Shown here piece by piece: positions 46,063-57,367 of a stretch of DNA of 64,000 nt. Source of the DNA: an uncultured Chthonomonadaceae bacterium (GTDB taxonomy: Bacteria > Armatimonadota > Chthonomonadetes > Chthonomonadales > Chthonomonadaceae); assembly GCA_963835065.1 (NCBI GenBank), contig CAWIEK010000049.1:320001-384000 (forward strand), given 5' to 3'. Under the pieces are notes generated by a model. That model made no database searches. It was not told where the DNA came from and saw only the letters and a list, made by a program, of their open reading frames with translations. Both the position numbers and the translations under genes were made by a program. Positions within the stretch are counted from its first letter, which is position 1. The number at the start of each line of letters is the position of its first letter.

Positions 46063-46849
46063 ATAGTGCAGGATGCGGGCGACAAAGTCGTGTTGGGCGC
46101 ATGACGTTGACGACTTCACTCCGGCGCAGGCAGAGGCTGCAAAAAATCCTTCGACATCGAACGCAACCCTTGAACACAGGACATCTCTATGGACACCCAT
46201 CCGAATGACGATTCCCGCGCGTACTGCCACAAGGATGCCAACGCGCCGGAGGCAGGCAGTCCACAGGATGAGGCTGCAAACGCGCCGGAGAAGCAGGACC
46301 CTGCCAACCGTGCGGACGCTGCAAACGCTGTACAGGACGAGGCCGCGCCACTGCCCGTTCCGCCGCCCTACTCTACTACTTCCTACACCGACGGTTTTGC
46401 AATCACGGACGGCCACAACTTCGTCACCTACACTTATCGGTATGACGGCTCGCTCCTTCCCTCTCGGTTCACCTCACGCCCACAGGCATGTGGACATCGA
46501 GAAAGCGCCGGACGCAACGGCGGCAGAGGACACGCAGGCGGCGAATACACAAGCCGATGAGCCGGACATTGAGACCTGGCTTCGAGAGTGGGATCGCATC
46601 CAGAGCGAGGCTGCCGCGAACCTGCGCGCGCGGCAGCAAGACCCGCCCATGCAGTAGGCAGAGCGCGACAGACAGAACAGAAGCCCTGCGCTGCGCGCGC
46701 CGTTGCGCAGGAACCAGCCGGACTCGTCCGAATACCCAATACCCAACACCGAACCCCGGCTTTTTCAGGACAGCGACGCTGCCGCAAACGCGCTATGCTG
46801 TTCTCGCCTACTTGTTCTCCCCTGCCGGGAGGAAAGGAAGGAACGTCCG

Positions 46850-47430
46850 ATGAGCCTGCCCTGGGTGTGCTACATTCTTCACGACGACGCTTCCTACCTT
46901 GCCGCTTCCATGCAGTCGTTTCAGTCGGCGGGCAAGATGTTCGCCTTCATCAGCCGCGTTCCCTGGCATGACCAGCCCGGCGACTGGCAAACGGCGGCGC
47001 AGATTGCCTCAGACGCGGGAGCCGAAGTCGTCTTGGCGAGTGGCGTTCCGAGTTGGAGCATCGGCAGTTCGCCTGTGCCACTCTGCGCGAGCGCGGCTGC
47101 ACCCATGCCCTCATCCCCGACGGCGACGAGATCATCGAACCCGAACTCCTCCACGCGCTGACGCAGATCGCGGCTTCGGAACTCGCCGAGCGGGTGTACG
47201 TGCAGTGGGACACCTACTGGAAAACGCCCGCCTACGTCATCCGCCCCCGCGAACCCTTCACGCCCTGCATGCTCCTCGACCTGCGCACGGCCCAACCCAC
47301 CGGCGGCAGGAACTTCGCGGGCGGCAGAAGCCTCCTCCTCGACGCGGCTTACGGGCTGGTGCATCACCTCTCCTACGTCGGCCCCGACCCTCGCATCCGC
47401 CGCAAGATCGTCACGTGGGTCCATCAGCAA
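46850..47430 (+). pseudogene. Glycosyltransferase (GT-A)-like gene, frameshifted and truncated
   Basis: GGAAGG RBS; ALIPDGDEII DxD motif, HHLSYV; frameshift near 47035; composition changes after about 47425. Confidence 0.6.
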
Positions 47431-47792
47431 AAAAGAGCCAAACAGCGCGAAACAAACGAAACCTTTACCTCACTCATCCTGTCTAAACATGCACACACGT
47501 CTACTATTCAAATGTTAGACACCGGAAGGGAGGTGCCAGTCCTATGTTTCCCCCCTCCCGTTCGCCCTGATGCTGCGGAGGCCACGACGCCTCTCTCCTA
47601 CAATCTGACACAACGAGACATCGGGCTGGAAGCGCTGCATTGCCAAGATTTCGACGATCTCTCTACATACCTTTTTTCTACCTATCCGTTTCCCAACGTT
47701 TGCAAAACTCCCCGTTGCAAAGGGCGGGCTTTTCGCTTGTTCAGAAAGGGTTAGATGTACAGGCCCTCAAGATTAGGCATGGTCTTCATCCT

Positions 47793-49211
47793 TCATCCTT
47801 CATCCTTCATCCTTCCAAAGAGCGCCATTCCCTGCGGCGGCAATGTCAGGCAGAGGCAGTTGGCTTCGGCTTGCAGTTCCGCGCCGCTGTCAAGCCACGA
47901 GTTCCACGCTTTGCCGCCCATCGCTTCCACGTCCAAGGTAATGCTTTGTTCCGCCCGACTGCGATTGACGGCGACCAGAACGCGCTCATTCTCATACGTG
48001 CGGATGTACGCGAAAATACCCCGGTCATTGTGAACCTGCACCGTCTGGAAATCGCCGCGCCGCAGGGCAATGTGATCCCGGCGCAGGGCCAGCAGATGCT
48101 TATAAAATTCGCGGATACTCTCGTCGCGCTTGTTTGGGTTCCACTCGAAGGCGCGGCGGCAGTCCGGGTCCTTGCCGCCTTCCAGCCCGATTTCATCCCC
48201 GTAATAAATGCACGGCGCTCCGGGGTACGTCAATTGCAGCAGAATACACTGCCGTTCGCGGTTCACATCCCCGCCGCACATCGTTCGCAGCCGTTCCGTG
48301 TCATGGCTGCCAAGCAGATTGAACATTCGATCCGTCGCCCATTGCGGATAATCCCGGCGGATTTGCGCCAGTTGATCGTCGCACTGGTGCGGCGAGATTT
48401 TGTCCAGCGCGAGGAAATCCAGCACCGCGTCCCGAAAGCGGTAGTTCATAACGGAATCAAACTCGTCGCCGCCAAGCCAGTCGCGGCCATTGTGCCAGAT
48501 TTCGCCCACGATATAAGCGTCCGGGTTGGCCGCGCGAACGACCTGCCGAAACTCTTTCCAGAATTGGTGCGGTATCTCGTTGGGAACGTCCAATCGCCAG
48601 CCGTCTATCCCCGCCGTCTTGATCCAGCGTTCGCCCACATCCAGGAGGTATTGCCGCGTTTCCGGGTTGTCCGTGTTCAGTTGGGGCAGGGACGCCACCC
48701 CGTACCACGTCCGGTAATTGGTGTTGCCCTGCTCCACGCGAATCGGGAAACTTTCGGGAAAATACCAGTTGCGAAAGCGCGACTGCTCCCCGTTTTCGCG
48801 TAAATCGCGGAATGGCTCGAAATCCACGCCGCTGTGGTTGAGTACCGCGTCCAAAATCACATGCCAGCCCCGCTCATGCGCCTTTTCCACCAGCGTCTTC
48901 AGCAAGTGCGGCGTTCCCAGGCGTGGGTCTATCAAATGATAGTCCGTTGTATCGTAGCCGTGATTGCTGCCGGACTCGAACACGGGGCTGAGATACAGCG
49001 CGTTTACGCCCAGGTCGCTCAAATAATCCAGGTTTGCAATCACGCCCGCCAGGTCGCCGCCCTGATAATCTTCTATAGTGGGAGGCGAACCCCAGGGTTG
49101 CGTGTTGGGCGGATCGTTGCCCGTATCGCCATTAGCAAAGCGGTCAAGAAAAATGTGATAGAATACAGCATCCCGCACCCAGTCGGGAGAGTGAGTTTCG
49201 TTGGTGTCCAT
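47793..49211 (-). CDS. GH13 neopullulanase/cyclomaltodextrinase-like
   Basis: DAVLNH, GWRLDVPNE, VGEIW, LGSHD, YYGDEIG. Confidence 0.95.
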   Translation of the reverse strand: MDTNETHSPDWVRDAVFYHIFLDRFANGDTGNDPPNTQPWGSPPTIEDYQGGDLAGVIANLDYLSDLGVNALYLSPVFESGSNHGYDTTDYHLIDPRLGTPHLLKTLVEKAHERGWHVILDAVLNHSGVDFEPFRDLRENGEQSRFRNWYFPESFPIRVEQGNTNYRTWYGVASLPQLNTDNPETRQYLLDVGERWIKTAGIDGWRLDVPNEIPHQFWKEFRQVVRAANPDAYIVGEIWHNGRDWLGGDEFDSVMNYRFRDAVLDFLALDKISPHQCDDQLAQIRRDYPQWATDRMFNLLGSHDTERLRTMCGGDVNRERQCILLQLTYPGAPCIYYGDEIGLEGGKDPDCRRAFEWNPNKRDESIREFYKHLLALRRDHIALRRGDFQTVQVHNDRGIFAYIRTYENERVLVAVNRSRAEQSITLDVEAMGGKAWNSWLDSGAELQAEANCLCLTLPPQGMALFGRMKDEG

Positions 49212-49472
49212 TGGTTACAAATCTGCTCCGAAGTGTTTTGGGGCGCGTTTCCAGCACGCCTGCGCGGTTATAGCGCGTGTCGTGTCCGTATTGTAGCCGT
49301 GCCTTGACAATATTCGTATCCGCCCATATACCATTTTTTTGACCGCGGCGCGGCTTACCTACAAAATTTTGACTGGTCTTAAATTCATCAGGTTCCCGTG
49401 ATATGTAAAAAGTACAATACGGGTATACTGTTCAGGTTGACATACAGGTTGACGTAAAGGAACTTGTTCGCA

Positions 49473-50330
49473 ATGATCTTCTCCTGGTTTCGCGACATTC
49501 ACCGCCGCAGCATCCTGGCGCAGCCGTTTCCCGACGAATGGGAAGGCTATTTGCAGCGCCATTTTCCACACTTTGCCTTGCTCACGACCGAAGAACAGGC
49601 ACGGTTGCGGCAGGACATTCAGATTTTCCTTGCCGAAAAGTATTGGGAAGGCTGCGGCGGGCTGGAACTCACGCCGCAAATGCAGGTACTGATAGCCGCG
49701 CAAGCCTGCCTGCTGACGCTGAACCGCGAACATGAATTTTACCCGAATGTCGAATCGATTTTGATCTATCCCTCCGGCTACACCGTGCCGCAGAAAAGTA
49801 TGGAACCGGGCGGCATTGTGCAGGAAACCTTCAGCGCCCGCTTGGGCGAAGCCTGGGACAATGGCCCCGTTGTCCTGTCCTGGGCCGATGTGGACGCGGG
49901 CGGCGCAAACGACAGGGACGGCGAGAACGTCGTTTACCACGAGTTCGCGCACAAACTGGATATGGTTGACAGCAGCGCGGACGGCGTACCCCGGCTGGAA
50001 AATGACGCGGAATACGATGCCTGGGCCAAAGTGCTGAGCCGCGAATATCAGGAACTTGTCACTCTTACCGAACAGGGGCAGGCCACCCTCCTCGGCGATT
50101 ATGCCGCCACCAATGCCGCCGAATTCTTTGCCGTTGCAACCGAACGCTTCTTTGAAAAACCTGCGCAGATGCAGCAAAGCCATCCCGCCCTGTATACGGC
50201 GCTGCGCAATTTTTATCGGCAGGACCCCGCTGCGCGGATCGCTTCCCTGCCGACGCCGAACGCCAATTCTCAGCCGGGACAGGGGCAGGAGCATCACGTT
50301 CACGGCTCCAATCTGCACGGCCATTTGTAG
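49473..50330 (+). CDS. MtfA-like zinc peptidase (M90)
   Basis: NVVYHEFAHKLD, YAATNAAEFFAVATE.FFE. Confidence 0.92.
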   Translation: MIFSWFRDIHRRSILAQPFPDEWEGYLQRHFPHFALLTTEEQARLRQDIQIFLAEKYWEGCGGLELTPQMQVLIAAQACLLTLNREHEFYPNVESILIYPSGYTVPQKSMEPGGIVQETFSARLGEAWDNGPVVLSWADVDAGGANDRDGENVVYHEFAHKLDMVDSSADGVPRLENDAEYDAWAKVLSREYQELVTLTEQGQATLLGDYAATNAAEFFAVATERFFEKPAQMQQSHPALYTALRNFYRQDPAARIASLPTPNANSQPGQGQEHHVHGSNLHGHL

Positions 50331-50611
50331 GCATTACAGGGCTATACGCAGGCAAATTACAGCCATTGGCAGCCAATTCCTGTGACAAACGCCAGTTTCT
50401 ATCTTACTACGGCGCAACTCAACGATGGCAGGGAACTATCCGCTCACTCGACGGCATAGTTCATTCGTTAGAAAGAAACCACATCTAATTTCCTATCATC
50501 AAATACTCCACGCTGCAGAGATAATTTTCGCTTGTCCATCGTCATAGCAGTTGATTTGCGCTTGCCTTAGCACAATTTTGCGCAAACGAACTATTTCGGC
50601 AACAGAAACCT

Positions 50612-51901
50612 ATGCCAGATCAATCTTCACATTCTCAGCAAACATCCAACAACTTAGCCCCGGATAACCAACAGGACTATTCGCCGTCAGATATTCAGTT
50701 CTCTCTTGATGGCAGCCTGCTTTCGGAACACGAAGCCTATCTGCAGCTTTCGATAAACCCCGATGAGCGCCTGCGCCTGATTGAAGAAAATGTCCGCGAC
50801 TTTGCCATTTTCGTTGTCGCTCCCGACGGACGCATCGCCAGTTGGAACGTGGGCGCGGAGCGCATCATCGGCTACACGGAAGCGGAAGCCATCGGCATGG
50901 ATTGCGCGCGCATTTTTGTGCCGGAGGATATAGCGCGCGGAGCGGTGGAGCATGAGCGGGTAACCGCGCGCGATACCGGACGCTGCGAGGATGAGCGCTG
51001 GCATTTGCGCAAGGACGGCACGCGCTTTTGGGGCAGCGGGATTATGACCGGCCTGCGGGATCAGAAGGAACAGTTCCGGGGATTTGTTAAAATCCTGCGC
51101 GATATGTCCGAGCGCAAGGTAGCCGAAATGCAGCGACAGGAACAGGCGCAGCGATTGGCCGAACAGAAACGCCAGGCGGCGATACTCGATGAGCGCAATC
51201 GCATTGCGCGCGAAATTCATGATACAATAGCGCAGGGCTTGACCGGTATCGCCATTCATATAGAAGCCGCTGAGGACGCTCTGCGCATGTCACCCGAACA
51301 AGCGGTTCCGCACATCACCCGTATCAAGCAACTGGCGCGTGAAAGCCTGTCGGAAGCGCGGCGTTCCCTGCGCGCCCTGCGTCCCAAAGCGCTTGACGAC
51401 AACGATTTACCGACCGCGCTTAACAACCTCGCGCGGCAAACCATGCAGGGCGCGGACTTGCAGGTTGACTTTGCCATACAGGGCACAGCCTACTCCTTGC
51501 TGCCCGAAGATGAAAACGATTTATTACGCATTGCGCAGGAAGCCCTGACCAACATTCTCAAACACGCGCAGGCAACTCATGCCGATTTAATTCTGTCTTT
51601 TCTGCCGATGCAGGTGCAGCTTTCTGTTACGGACAACGGACGCGGCTTTGACATTGAACAAAATATTACGAGTGGGTTCGGGTTGATTGGCATGAAAGAG
51701 CGAACGCAGCGCATGGGCGCTGAATTACAAATTTACAGCGTACCGGGTGTGGGAACACAAATACTCGTTACACTTCCTAACTCCAACGTTACCGGCGTTA
51801 CTCACACCGCAGATATATCGGAAACGCCAATTATATCTACCGATGATTCCTCAGCCGAGACGCCGGACGTTATATCAGAAAGAAACGGCGAGCAACTATG
51901 A
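50612..51901 (+). CDS. PAS sensor histidine kinase (HisKA_3)
   Basis: WNVGAERIIGY, RKDGTRFW, ERNRIAREIHD, QEALTNILKH, DNGRGF. Confidence 0.95.
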   Translation: MPDQSSHSQQTSNNLAPDNQQDYSPSDIQFSLDGSLLSEHEAYLQLSINPDERLRLIEENVRDFAIFVVAPDGRIASWNVGAERIIGYTEAEAIGMDCARIFVPEDIARGAVEHERVTARDTGRCEDERWHLRKDGTRFWGSGIMTGLRDQKEQFRGFVKILRDMSERKVAEMQRQEQAQRLAEQKRQAAILDERNRIAREIHDTIAQGLTGIAIHIEAAEDALRMSPEQAVPHITRIKQLARESLSEARRSLRALRPKALDDNDLPTALNNLARQTMQGADLQVDFAIQGTAYSLLPEDENDLLRIAQEALTNILKHAQATHADLILSFLPMQVQLSVTDNGRGFDIEQNITSGFGLIGMKERTQRMGAELQIYSVPGVGTQILVTLPNSNVTGVTHTADISETPIISTDDSSAETPDVISERNGEQL

Positions 51902-52530
51902 AAACTTCTCAAGCCATTCGCGTGCTTATCACGGACGACCATCCCATCGTTCGGGAAGGATTGGCGGCAATCATTGACCGCCGTGAGGACATGACAACCG
52001 TTGCCCAGGCCGGCAACGGCCAGGAAGCTTTAGAAATGTATCGCCTGCATCATCCCGATGTGGTACTGATGGACTTGCGTATGCCCCGGATGGACGGCGT
52101 GACGGCCATTACGCAGATACGCCAGGAAGCCCCCGACGCGCGCATTATCGTTCTCACGACGTTCGACGGTGAGGAAGACATTTATCGCGGCCTGCAGGCC
52201 GGGGCCAAAGCCTACCTGCTCAAGGACGCGCCCCGCGAGGAACTTGTGGAAGCGGTTCGCGCCGTACATAGCGGCCAAACGCGCATCCCCTCCAACGTCG
52301 CCGTGAAACTCGCCACCCGCATCAGCCAATCCCCCCTGACGCCCCGCGAGGGAGAAGTTCTGCGCCTGATGGTGGCCGGCAACAGCAACCAGGAAATCGC
52401 CAACGCCCTCTTCATCGCGGAAGGAACCGTGAAAGCCCACGTCAACAGCATCCTCGAAAAAATGAAAGTCAGCGACCGCACCCAGGCCGTCACGGCAGCC
52501 CTGCGGCGCGGCTTAGTCCATCTTGACTAA
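51898..52530 (+). CDS. NarL/LuxR family response regulator
   Basis: DDHPIVR, DLRMP, LTPRE...TVKAH. Confidence 0.95.
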   Translation: MKTSQAIRVLITDDHPIVREGLAAIIDRREDMTTVAQAGNGQEALEMYRLHHPDVVLMDLRMPRMDGVTAITQIRQEAPDARIIVLTTFDGEEDIYRGLQAGAKAYLLKDAPREELVEAVRAVHSGQTRIPSNVAVKLATRISQSPLTPREGEVLRLMVAGNSNQEIANALFIAEGTVKAHVNSILEKMKVSDRTQAVTAALRRGLVHLD

Positions 52531-52627
52531 AGGAGGAAGGAGGAAGGAGGAAGGAGGAAAAGCATCGTTGCTAGCCTTTTTCTGCTATGAAGGTAAATGT
52601 TCAACCAGCAGGCATTGTTTTCATCCT

Positions 52628-53797
52628 TCATCCTTCCTCCTTTAGTGTAAATGCCTCTCTAAGATACGCCAAAAACACCCCATCCTCCGACATCAGTTTG
52701 CCGGGCGAGTCGCTGAGTTTGGCGACGGGACGATTGTTGCATTTCGTCATTTTAATCACGATTTGAAGCGCGGCAAAATCGAAGTCGTTGGTCAGGTTCG
52801 TGCCGATGCCGAAGTTGACGCGGATACGGCCTTGAAAATGGCGGGCGAGTTGAATGGCTTTCGACACGTCCAGTGAGTCGCTGAAGGTCATGGTTTTGGC
52901 GCGGGCGTCAATGCCCATTTTCGCGTAATGCGCCAGCAGTTTCTCGCCCCATTCTATCGGGTCGCCCAAATCTTGGCGGCAGCCGTCGTAGGCTTTGCTG
53001 AACAGCAGGTCGAAGTCGCGCAGAAAAGCGTCCATGCCGACCACATCGGAAAGCGCAATGCCCAAATCACCCCGGTACTCCTGCATCCAGGCTTCCAGCG
53101 CGGCCTTTTGAAAGTCCGGCAGCGCGGTAAACGCCTGAAATGCCTGCAAAAACTCGTGCGCCATCGTGCCGAACGGGGTAATGCCAAACTTTTGCGCCGC
53201 CGCCACATTGCTTGTTCCCACCAGCGCCTCGCCGATACGCTCCTTCAGGGTTCCGATTACGCTCTCCTGCCAATCATGGCTATAACGCCGCCGGGTTCCG
53301 AACTCGCAGATGCGCAGGGGAACATCCGACTCGTTTATCTGCCGACATTTCGCTTCCAGCCGCTCCACGCCGACAGGATTGTTTGCGGGCGCGTTCGGCT
53401 GTGTGTGCCGGAAGTACACTTCGTTGATGATGGCAAGAACAGGCACTTCAAACAAGATCGTCCGTGCCCAATGCCCGCGTATGGTCAGCCGAAACTCGTC
53501 CGTCGTTGTAATCTCCACATTGGAGGGGTTCAGGCGTACCTCGTAAAGCAAATCCACAAAGCTCGGCTTGAGGTAGCGAATGGTTTTCAAGTACGCCAGT
53601 TCGTCCCGCGTAAACGTCAGGCGGCAAAAAGCGTCAATCTCTTCGCGTATCTCGTCGGCATACGGGCGCAAATCCACGTTTTTGCTGCGGCAGCGAAAGG
53701 CGTATTCCACATCCACATGCGGAAACCGATGCCATACCACTTGCAGCATGGTAATTTTGTACAGGTCTGTATCGAGCAGGCTATTGATGATTGGCAT
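52628..53797 (-). CDS. pncB: Nicotinate phosphoribosyltransferase
   Basis: SLLDTDLYK, EFGTRRR, GTSN, GTMAHE, GIGTNL, KLSDSPGK. Confidence 0.95.
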   Translation of the reverse strand: MPIINSLLDTDLYKITMLQVVWHRFPHVDVEYAFRCRSKNVDLRPYADEIREEIDAFCRLTFTRDELAYLKTIRYLKPSFVDLLYEVRLNPSNVEITTTDEFRLTIRGHWARTILFEVPVLAIINEVYFRHTQPNAPANNPVGVERLEAKCRQINESDVPLRICEFGTRRRYSHDWQESVIGTLKERIGEALVGTSNVAAAQKFGITPFGTMAHEFLQAFQAFTALPDFQKAALEAWMQEYRGDLGIALSDVVGMDAFLRDFDLLFSKAYDGCRQDLGDPIEWGEKLLAHYAKMGIDARAKTMTFSDSLDVSKAIQLARHFQGRIRVNFGIGTNLTNDFDFAALQIVIKMTKCNNRPVAKLSDSPGKLMSEDGVFLAYLREAFTLKEEG

Positions 53798-56700
53798 TGT
53801 ATTCCTGTTCAGCGAATTTTATTTCACTCCGGTTCGGCGCAGGCGAGTTCCCTGTAATCGTCAGGCCGAACGCTCTTGCTTCCGTAAGGGTTTGTTCCAG
53901 TGTACGAGATTCTTCTTGTTGTTGCGCGGCTTGTTTACGCGCTTCTTCCACTGTAGTTCTAACGCCGTAAAGCAAGCGTTCTAATTCGCTTTGTTCTTTC
54001 AGATGCAGGGGTGATTTTATTTCTTGCCGCAGACGTTGCGCCCCTTCATAAAACTGTACCGCGAGTTCCGGTTCATTTGTGGACACGGCCATGCGCGCCC
54101 AAGATTCCAGCGCGTAGGCCAGATTGCGTCGGTCGCCTAACTGCGCAAACAATTCCGTCGCTTCCAAAAAATAAGCCGCCGCATTGCGTTGGTCGCCTTG
54201 TTCCCAGGCAATCAATCCTAATATGTTAAGCGTGATGCCCATATTGCGGCGGTCGCGCAGTTGGCGGCGCAGCATCAAGGCTTCGGTCAGCAAGTTGCGG
54301 GCGAGTTCGGGCTGCCGGTTTTTACGCGCAAGTTGTCCCAGGTTGTTCAGGGACGCGGCAATGCCCCAGGTGTCGTTCATTTCGCGGCGCAATCGCAGGC
54401 TTGCCTCATAGTATTGTTTTGCCTCCTCATAATACCCCTGATTGACCGCATTGATACCCAGGTAGCCTAATGTGCCCGCTTCGCCGGCCCGATCCCCTGC
54501 CGCCCGCGCGCCCTCAAGCGACTGTCTATACCATTGTTGCGCCCCTTCGTAATCCCCTTTATTGGCGGCAATTATGCCCCGTATTCCCAATGCTCCCGCC
54601 GCGCCATTGCCTGCACAGTTGATAGTTGATAGTTGATAGTTGATAGTGGCGCTGACATTATGAACCTTCAGCGGTTCACCGTTCAGCGCTTTCCAGATTT
54701 CCAATGCTTCGTCACACGCGGTTTCCGCTTCCGCCAACTCGCAGGCAAACACGCTCAACAACGCGAACCAGTTCCATCCATTGGCGCGGCAAGCATCGAA
54801 TTCTTGTGTTTCCGGCGCATCCAGCAGCCTGCGCAGGCGTTCCCGGCCCTCCGTAAAATACCCCCGTATCTGCCACCAGCGTCCAAGCGCGTTTGCCAGC
54901 AACAGCCCGCGCCGGCGACAATCCGCCTGCGTTTCCGCCCAATCCAGCGCATAGCGCAGGTTGCCGGTTTCCGCTTCCAGCCGTTCCAGCCACACGGATT
55001 GCCCCGGCCCGGTCAGTTCCCTTTCCGCCTGTTGCGCAACCTGCGTCATCCAATCCAGATGCCGAACGCGCATTGCCTCTTCTTCGCCCGCTTCCGCCAG
55101 CATTTCGCGCGCATACTCCCCTATCGTTTCCAGCATCCGATACCGCATCTGTCCGTTTGCCTCTTCCGCCACCACGAGAGATTTGGCGACGAGAGAACGC
55201 AGCAAACCGAATGATGAGTGATGAGTGATGAGTGATGAATGGGATTTCAATTCATCATTCATCATTCCTCGTTCATCATTGATTTGCTGCGCCGCTTCCA
55301 ACGTCCAGCCGCCTGTGAACACGCTCAGGCGGCGCAGGAGAGCGCGTTCCGGTTCCGTCAGCAAGTCTACGCTGGAAGCAATCACGGCGCGGAGGGATTG
55401 ATGGCGACGCGGGCGTGTGGAAGGCGTGTCGGTCAGCATGTCGAAACGTTGGTTCAGATGAGTGACAATCTCCTGTGGCGTCAGCATTTCGATCAGGGAC
55501 GCGGCGAGTTCCAGGGCGAGGGGCAGACCGTCCAGGCGACGGCAGATTTCTGCGACGGCAGAAACATTTTGGGGCGTCAGCGCAAAGTGATTGCTGACGG
55601 ATTGCGCCCGCGTTGTAAACAATTGCGCGGCGGGGCTGTTCGCGCTGGCGGCAAAATCAGCCGCAAAATCGGAACCGATCATTTCCGGGGAATCATCGGC
55701 GAGAACGGCCAACGGTTCCACTGCAAAAACGCTTTCGCTTATCAACCCAAGTCGCTGCCGACTGGTTGCCAGCAGATGCAGATACGGGCAAGCTCGCAGC
55801 AATTCCTGCGCTGTTGTGGCGCACTCTTGCAGGCAGGTCTCGCAATTATCCAGCACAAGCAGCATGCGCCGGGATTGCAGCGCCATGTTCAGGGCTTGTG
55901 CCAGGCTAATACCCGGTTCCGCCCGTATCTGGAAGAGGGCCGCGATGTGCTGCACAACTGGAGCCGAAGCCGTCACTGTGGACAAATCGGCAAACCAGAT
56001 GCCATCCTCAAAACTTTCCTGAAAATGCCGCTGTTGGGTGTTGGGCGTTGGGTGTTGGGTGTTGGGGCAATCCGGCAGGTTCATGCTTAAAGGCGCGGGA
56101 AGCGCAAGAGGGCTTTCCTGAAGTTCACGAGCCGCCTGTATCGCCAGGCGCGTTTTGCCCACGCCCCCCGTTCCCGCCAATGTTACCAGCCGATGCGTGA
56201 GCAGACGCGCTTTGACCTCGCGCAGCAAGTCGTCCCGTCCGATCAGGGAAGTCAGCGCGACAGGCATGTTTCCCATCGAAGCGAAGGGCAGCGCCTCGAA
56301 GGAAGACGGTGCAGAAGAATGAACGCCCTCTTTTGGCGCGAACGCGGCAGAAACATCCTGCGACTTTTCTATGCCGGATTTTGCCTGATTTTGCGCTTTA
56401 ATCGCTTGCTGACGAATGTGCCCATACGCGGCCTGCGTTGTGGCTTCCGGCGCAATGTTCCCTTCGTCAAGCAGGCGTTGCCGCAACCGGTGGTAGGTTT
56501 CCAAAGCCGCCTGCGGTTCACCCGCTTTTGCTAAGGCTTCCATGACATTGCGGGTTGCCGCTTCCCGGCACGGATCACAAGCAAGCGCGCGGCGCAAATA
56601 GGCGATTTCGCCCTGTAAATCTCCATCTACATGGGCATACGCCGCCAGCGTTTCCAATGCTTTGAGGTATGCCTGCCGCCGCGCTTCCCGCTCGCCCAAT

Positions 56701-57167
56701 ATCCAGACTTCCGAAGCGCCTTCCAGCAAATCGCCGCGATACCACGCCACCGCCTGCCGCAGCCCTTCAGCATCCCCGCGCTTGATCGCTTTATCAAAGG
56801 CAAGCGCATCTATTTCCGCGTTCTCACAATTTAAGCGCAGGGTAGATTTCGCGGGAGTTTCCAGCCGAACCGCCTGCGTTCCCATCTTCGCCCGCAAATC
56901 GGACAACGCCTGCCGCAGACTGTCCGAAGGCGCTTCGCTGTCCGGCCATAGATTTTCCGCAAGCCATTGCCGCGATACATCCTGTCCCGCCCGCAGCGCC
57001 AACAACGCCAGCAAATATTTTCCTTTCACGGTACGCAGCGCAGGCAATGGCTGCCCGTCCGCACGCGCCTCAAATGCTCCGAATAGGCGGAGGGAGAAGG
57101 GGGTGTTGGGCGTTAGGTGTTGGGTATTAGGTAGTCGGTAGTCGGTAGTTGGGTCGCCGTTTGCCAT
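53781..57167 (-). CDS. SARP/BTAD + STAND (NB-ARC-like) ATPase + TPR transcriptional regulator
   Basis: LWP, YRGDLL, DPCRE (BTAD); GTGGVGKT, LLVLDNCE, LDGLPLALELAA; TPR tail; stop overlaps pncB start. Confidence 0.92.
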   Translation of the reverse strand: MANGDPTTDYRLPNTQHLTPNTPFSLRLFGAFEARADGQPLPALRTVKGKYLLALLALRAGQDVSRQWLAENLWPDSEAPSDSLRQALSDLRAKMGTQAVRLETPAKSTLRLNCENAEIDALAFDKAIKRGDAEGLRQAVAWYRGDLLEGASEVWILGEREARRQAYLKALETLAAYAHVDGDLQGEIAYLRRALACDPCREAATRNVMEALAKAGEPQAALETYHRLRQRLLDEGNIAPEATTQAAYGHIRQQAIKAQNQAKSGIEKSQDVSAAFAPKEGVHSSAPSSFEALPFASMGNMPVALTSLIGRDDLLREVKARLLTHRLVTLAGTGGVGKTRLAIQAARELQESPLALPAPLSMNLPDCPNTQHPTPNTQQRHFQESFEDGIWFADLSTVTASAPVVQHIAALFQIRAEPGISLAQALNMALQSRRMLLVLDNCETCLQECATTAQELLRACPYLHLLATSRQRLGLISESVFAVEPLAVLADDSPEMIGSDFAADFAASANSPAAQLFTTRAQSVSNHFALTPQNVSAVAEICRRLDGLPLALELAASLIEMLTPQEIVTHLNQRFDMLTDTPSTRPRRHQSLRAVIASSVDLLTEPERALLRRLSVFTGGWTLEAAQQINDERGMMNDELKSHSSLITHHSSFGLLRSLVAKSLVVAEEANGQMRYRMLETIGEYAREMLAEAGEEEAMRVRHLDWMTQVAQQAERELTGPGQSVWLERLEAETGNLRYALDWAETQADCRRRGLLLANALGRWWQIRGYFTEGRERLRRLLDAPETQEFDACRANGWNWFALLSVFACELAEAETACDEALEIWKALNGEPLKVHNVSATINYQLSTINCAGNGAAGALGIRGIIAANKGDYEGAQQWYRQSLEGARAAGDRAGEAGTLGYLGINAVNQGYYEEAKQYYEASLRLRREMNDTWGIAASLNNLGQLARKNRQPELARNLLTEALMLRRQLRDRRNMGITLNILGLIAWEQGDQRNAAAYFLEATELFAQLGDRRNLAYALESWARMAVSTNEPELAVQFYEGAQRLRQEIKSPLHLKEQSELERLLYGVRTTVEEARKQAAQQQEESRTLEQTLTEARAFGLTITGNSPAPNRSEIKFAEQEYNANHQ

Positions 57168-57258
57168 GATATAAATTGTACCCGCTTCCTCCCCTCTTAT
57201 AACCAGTGCAGGTTCCTCCCCAACACCCTCCTCCCTGTTCACGCAAACAAACCCCTTC

Positions 57259-57292
57259 TGTCACGCTGTTGTCACACACGCTCCCTTATACT
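57259..57292 (+). promoter_or_regulatory. 11-bp-spaced direct repeat over a -35 position, plus -10 element
   Basis: TGTCAC at 57259 and 57270; TATACT at 57287-57292. Confidence 0.5.
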
Positions 57293-57367
57293 GTTGCCAT
57301 AAGCCGATGGACAAGCGCAATACCCGTTCATTCAAGCAGGACTGCGCTGCGAACGGTACTGATGAGA

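Noticed and set aside
46073..46657. Acidic low-complexity ORF pieces
   Set aside because: Possibly one frameshifted gene (46189-46657) but no recognisable motif
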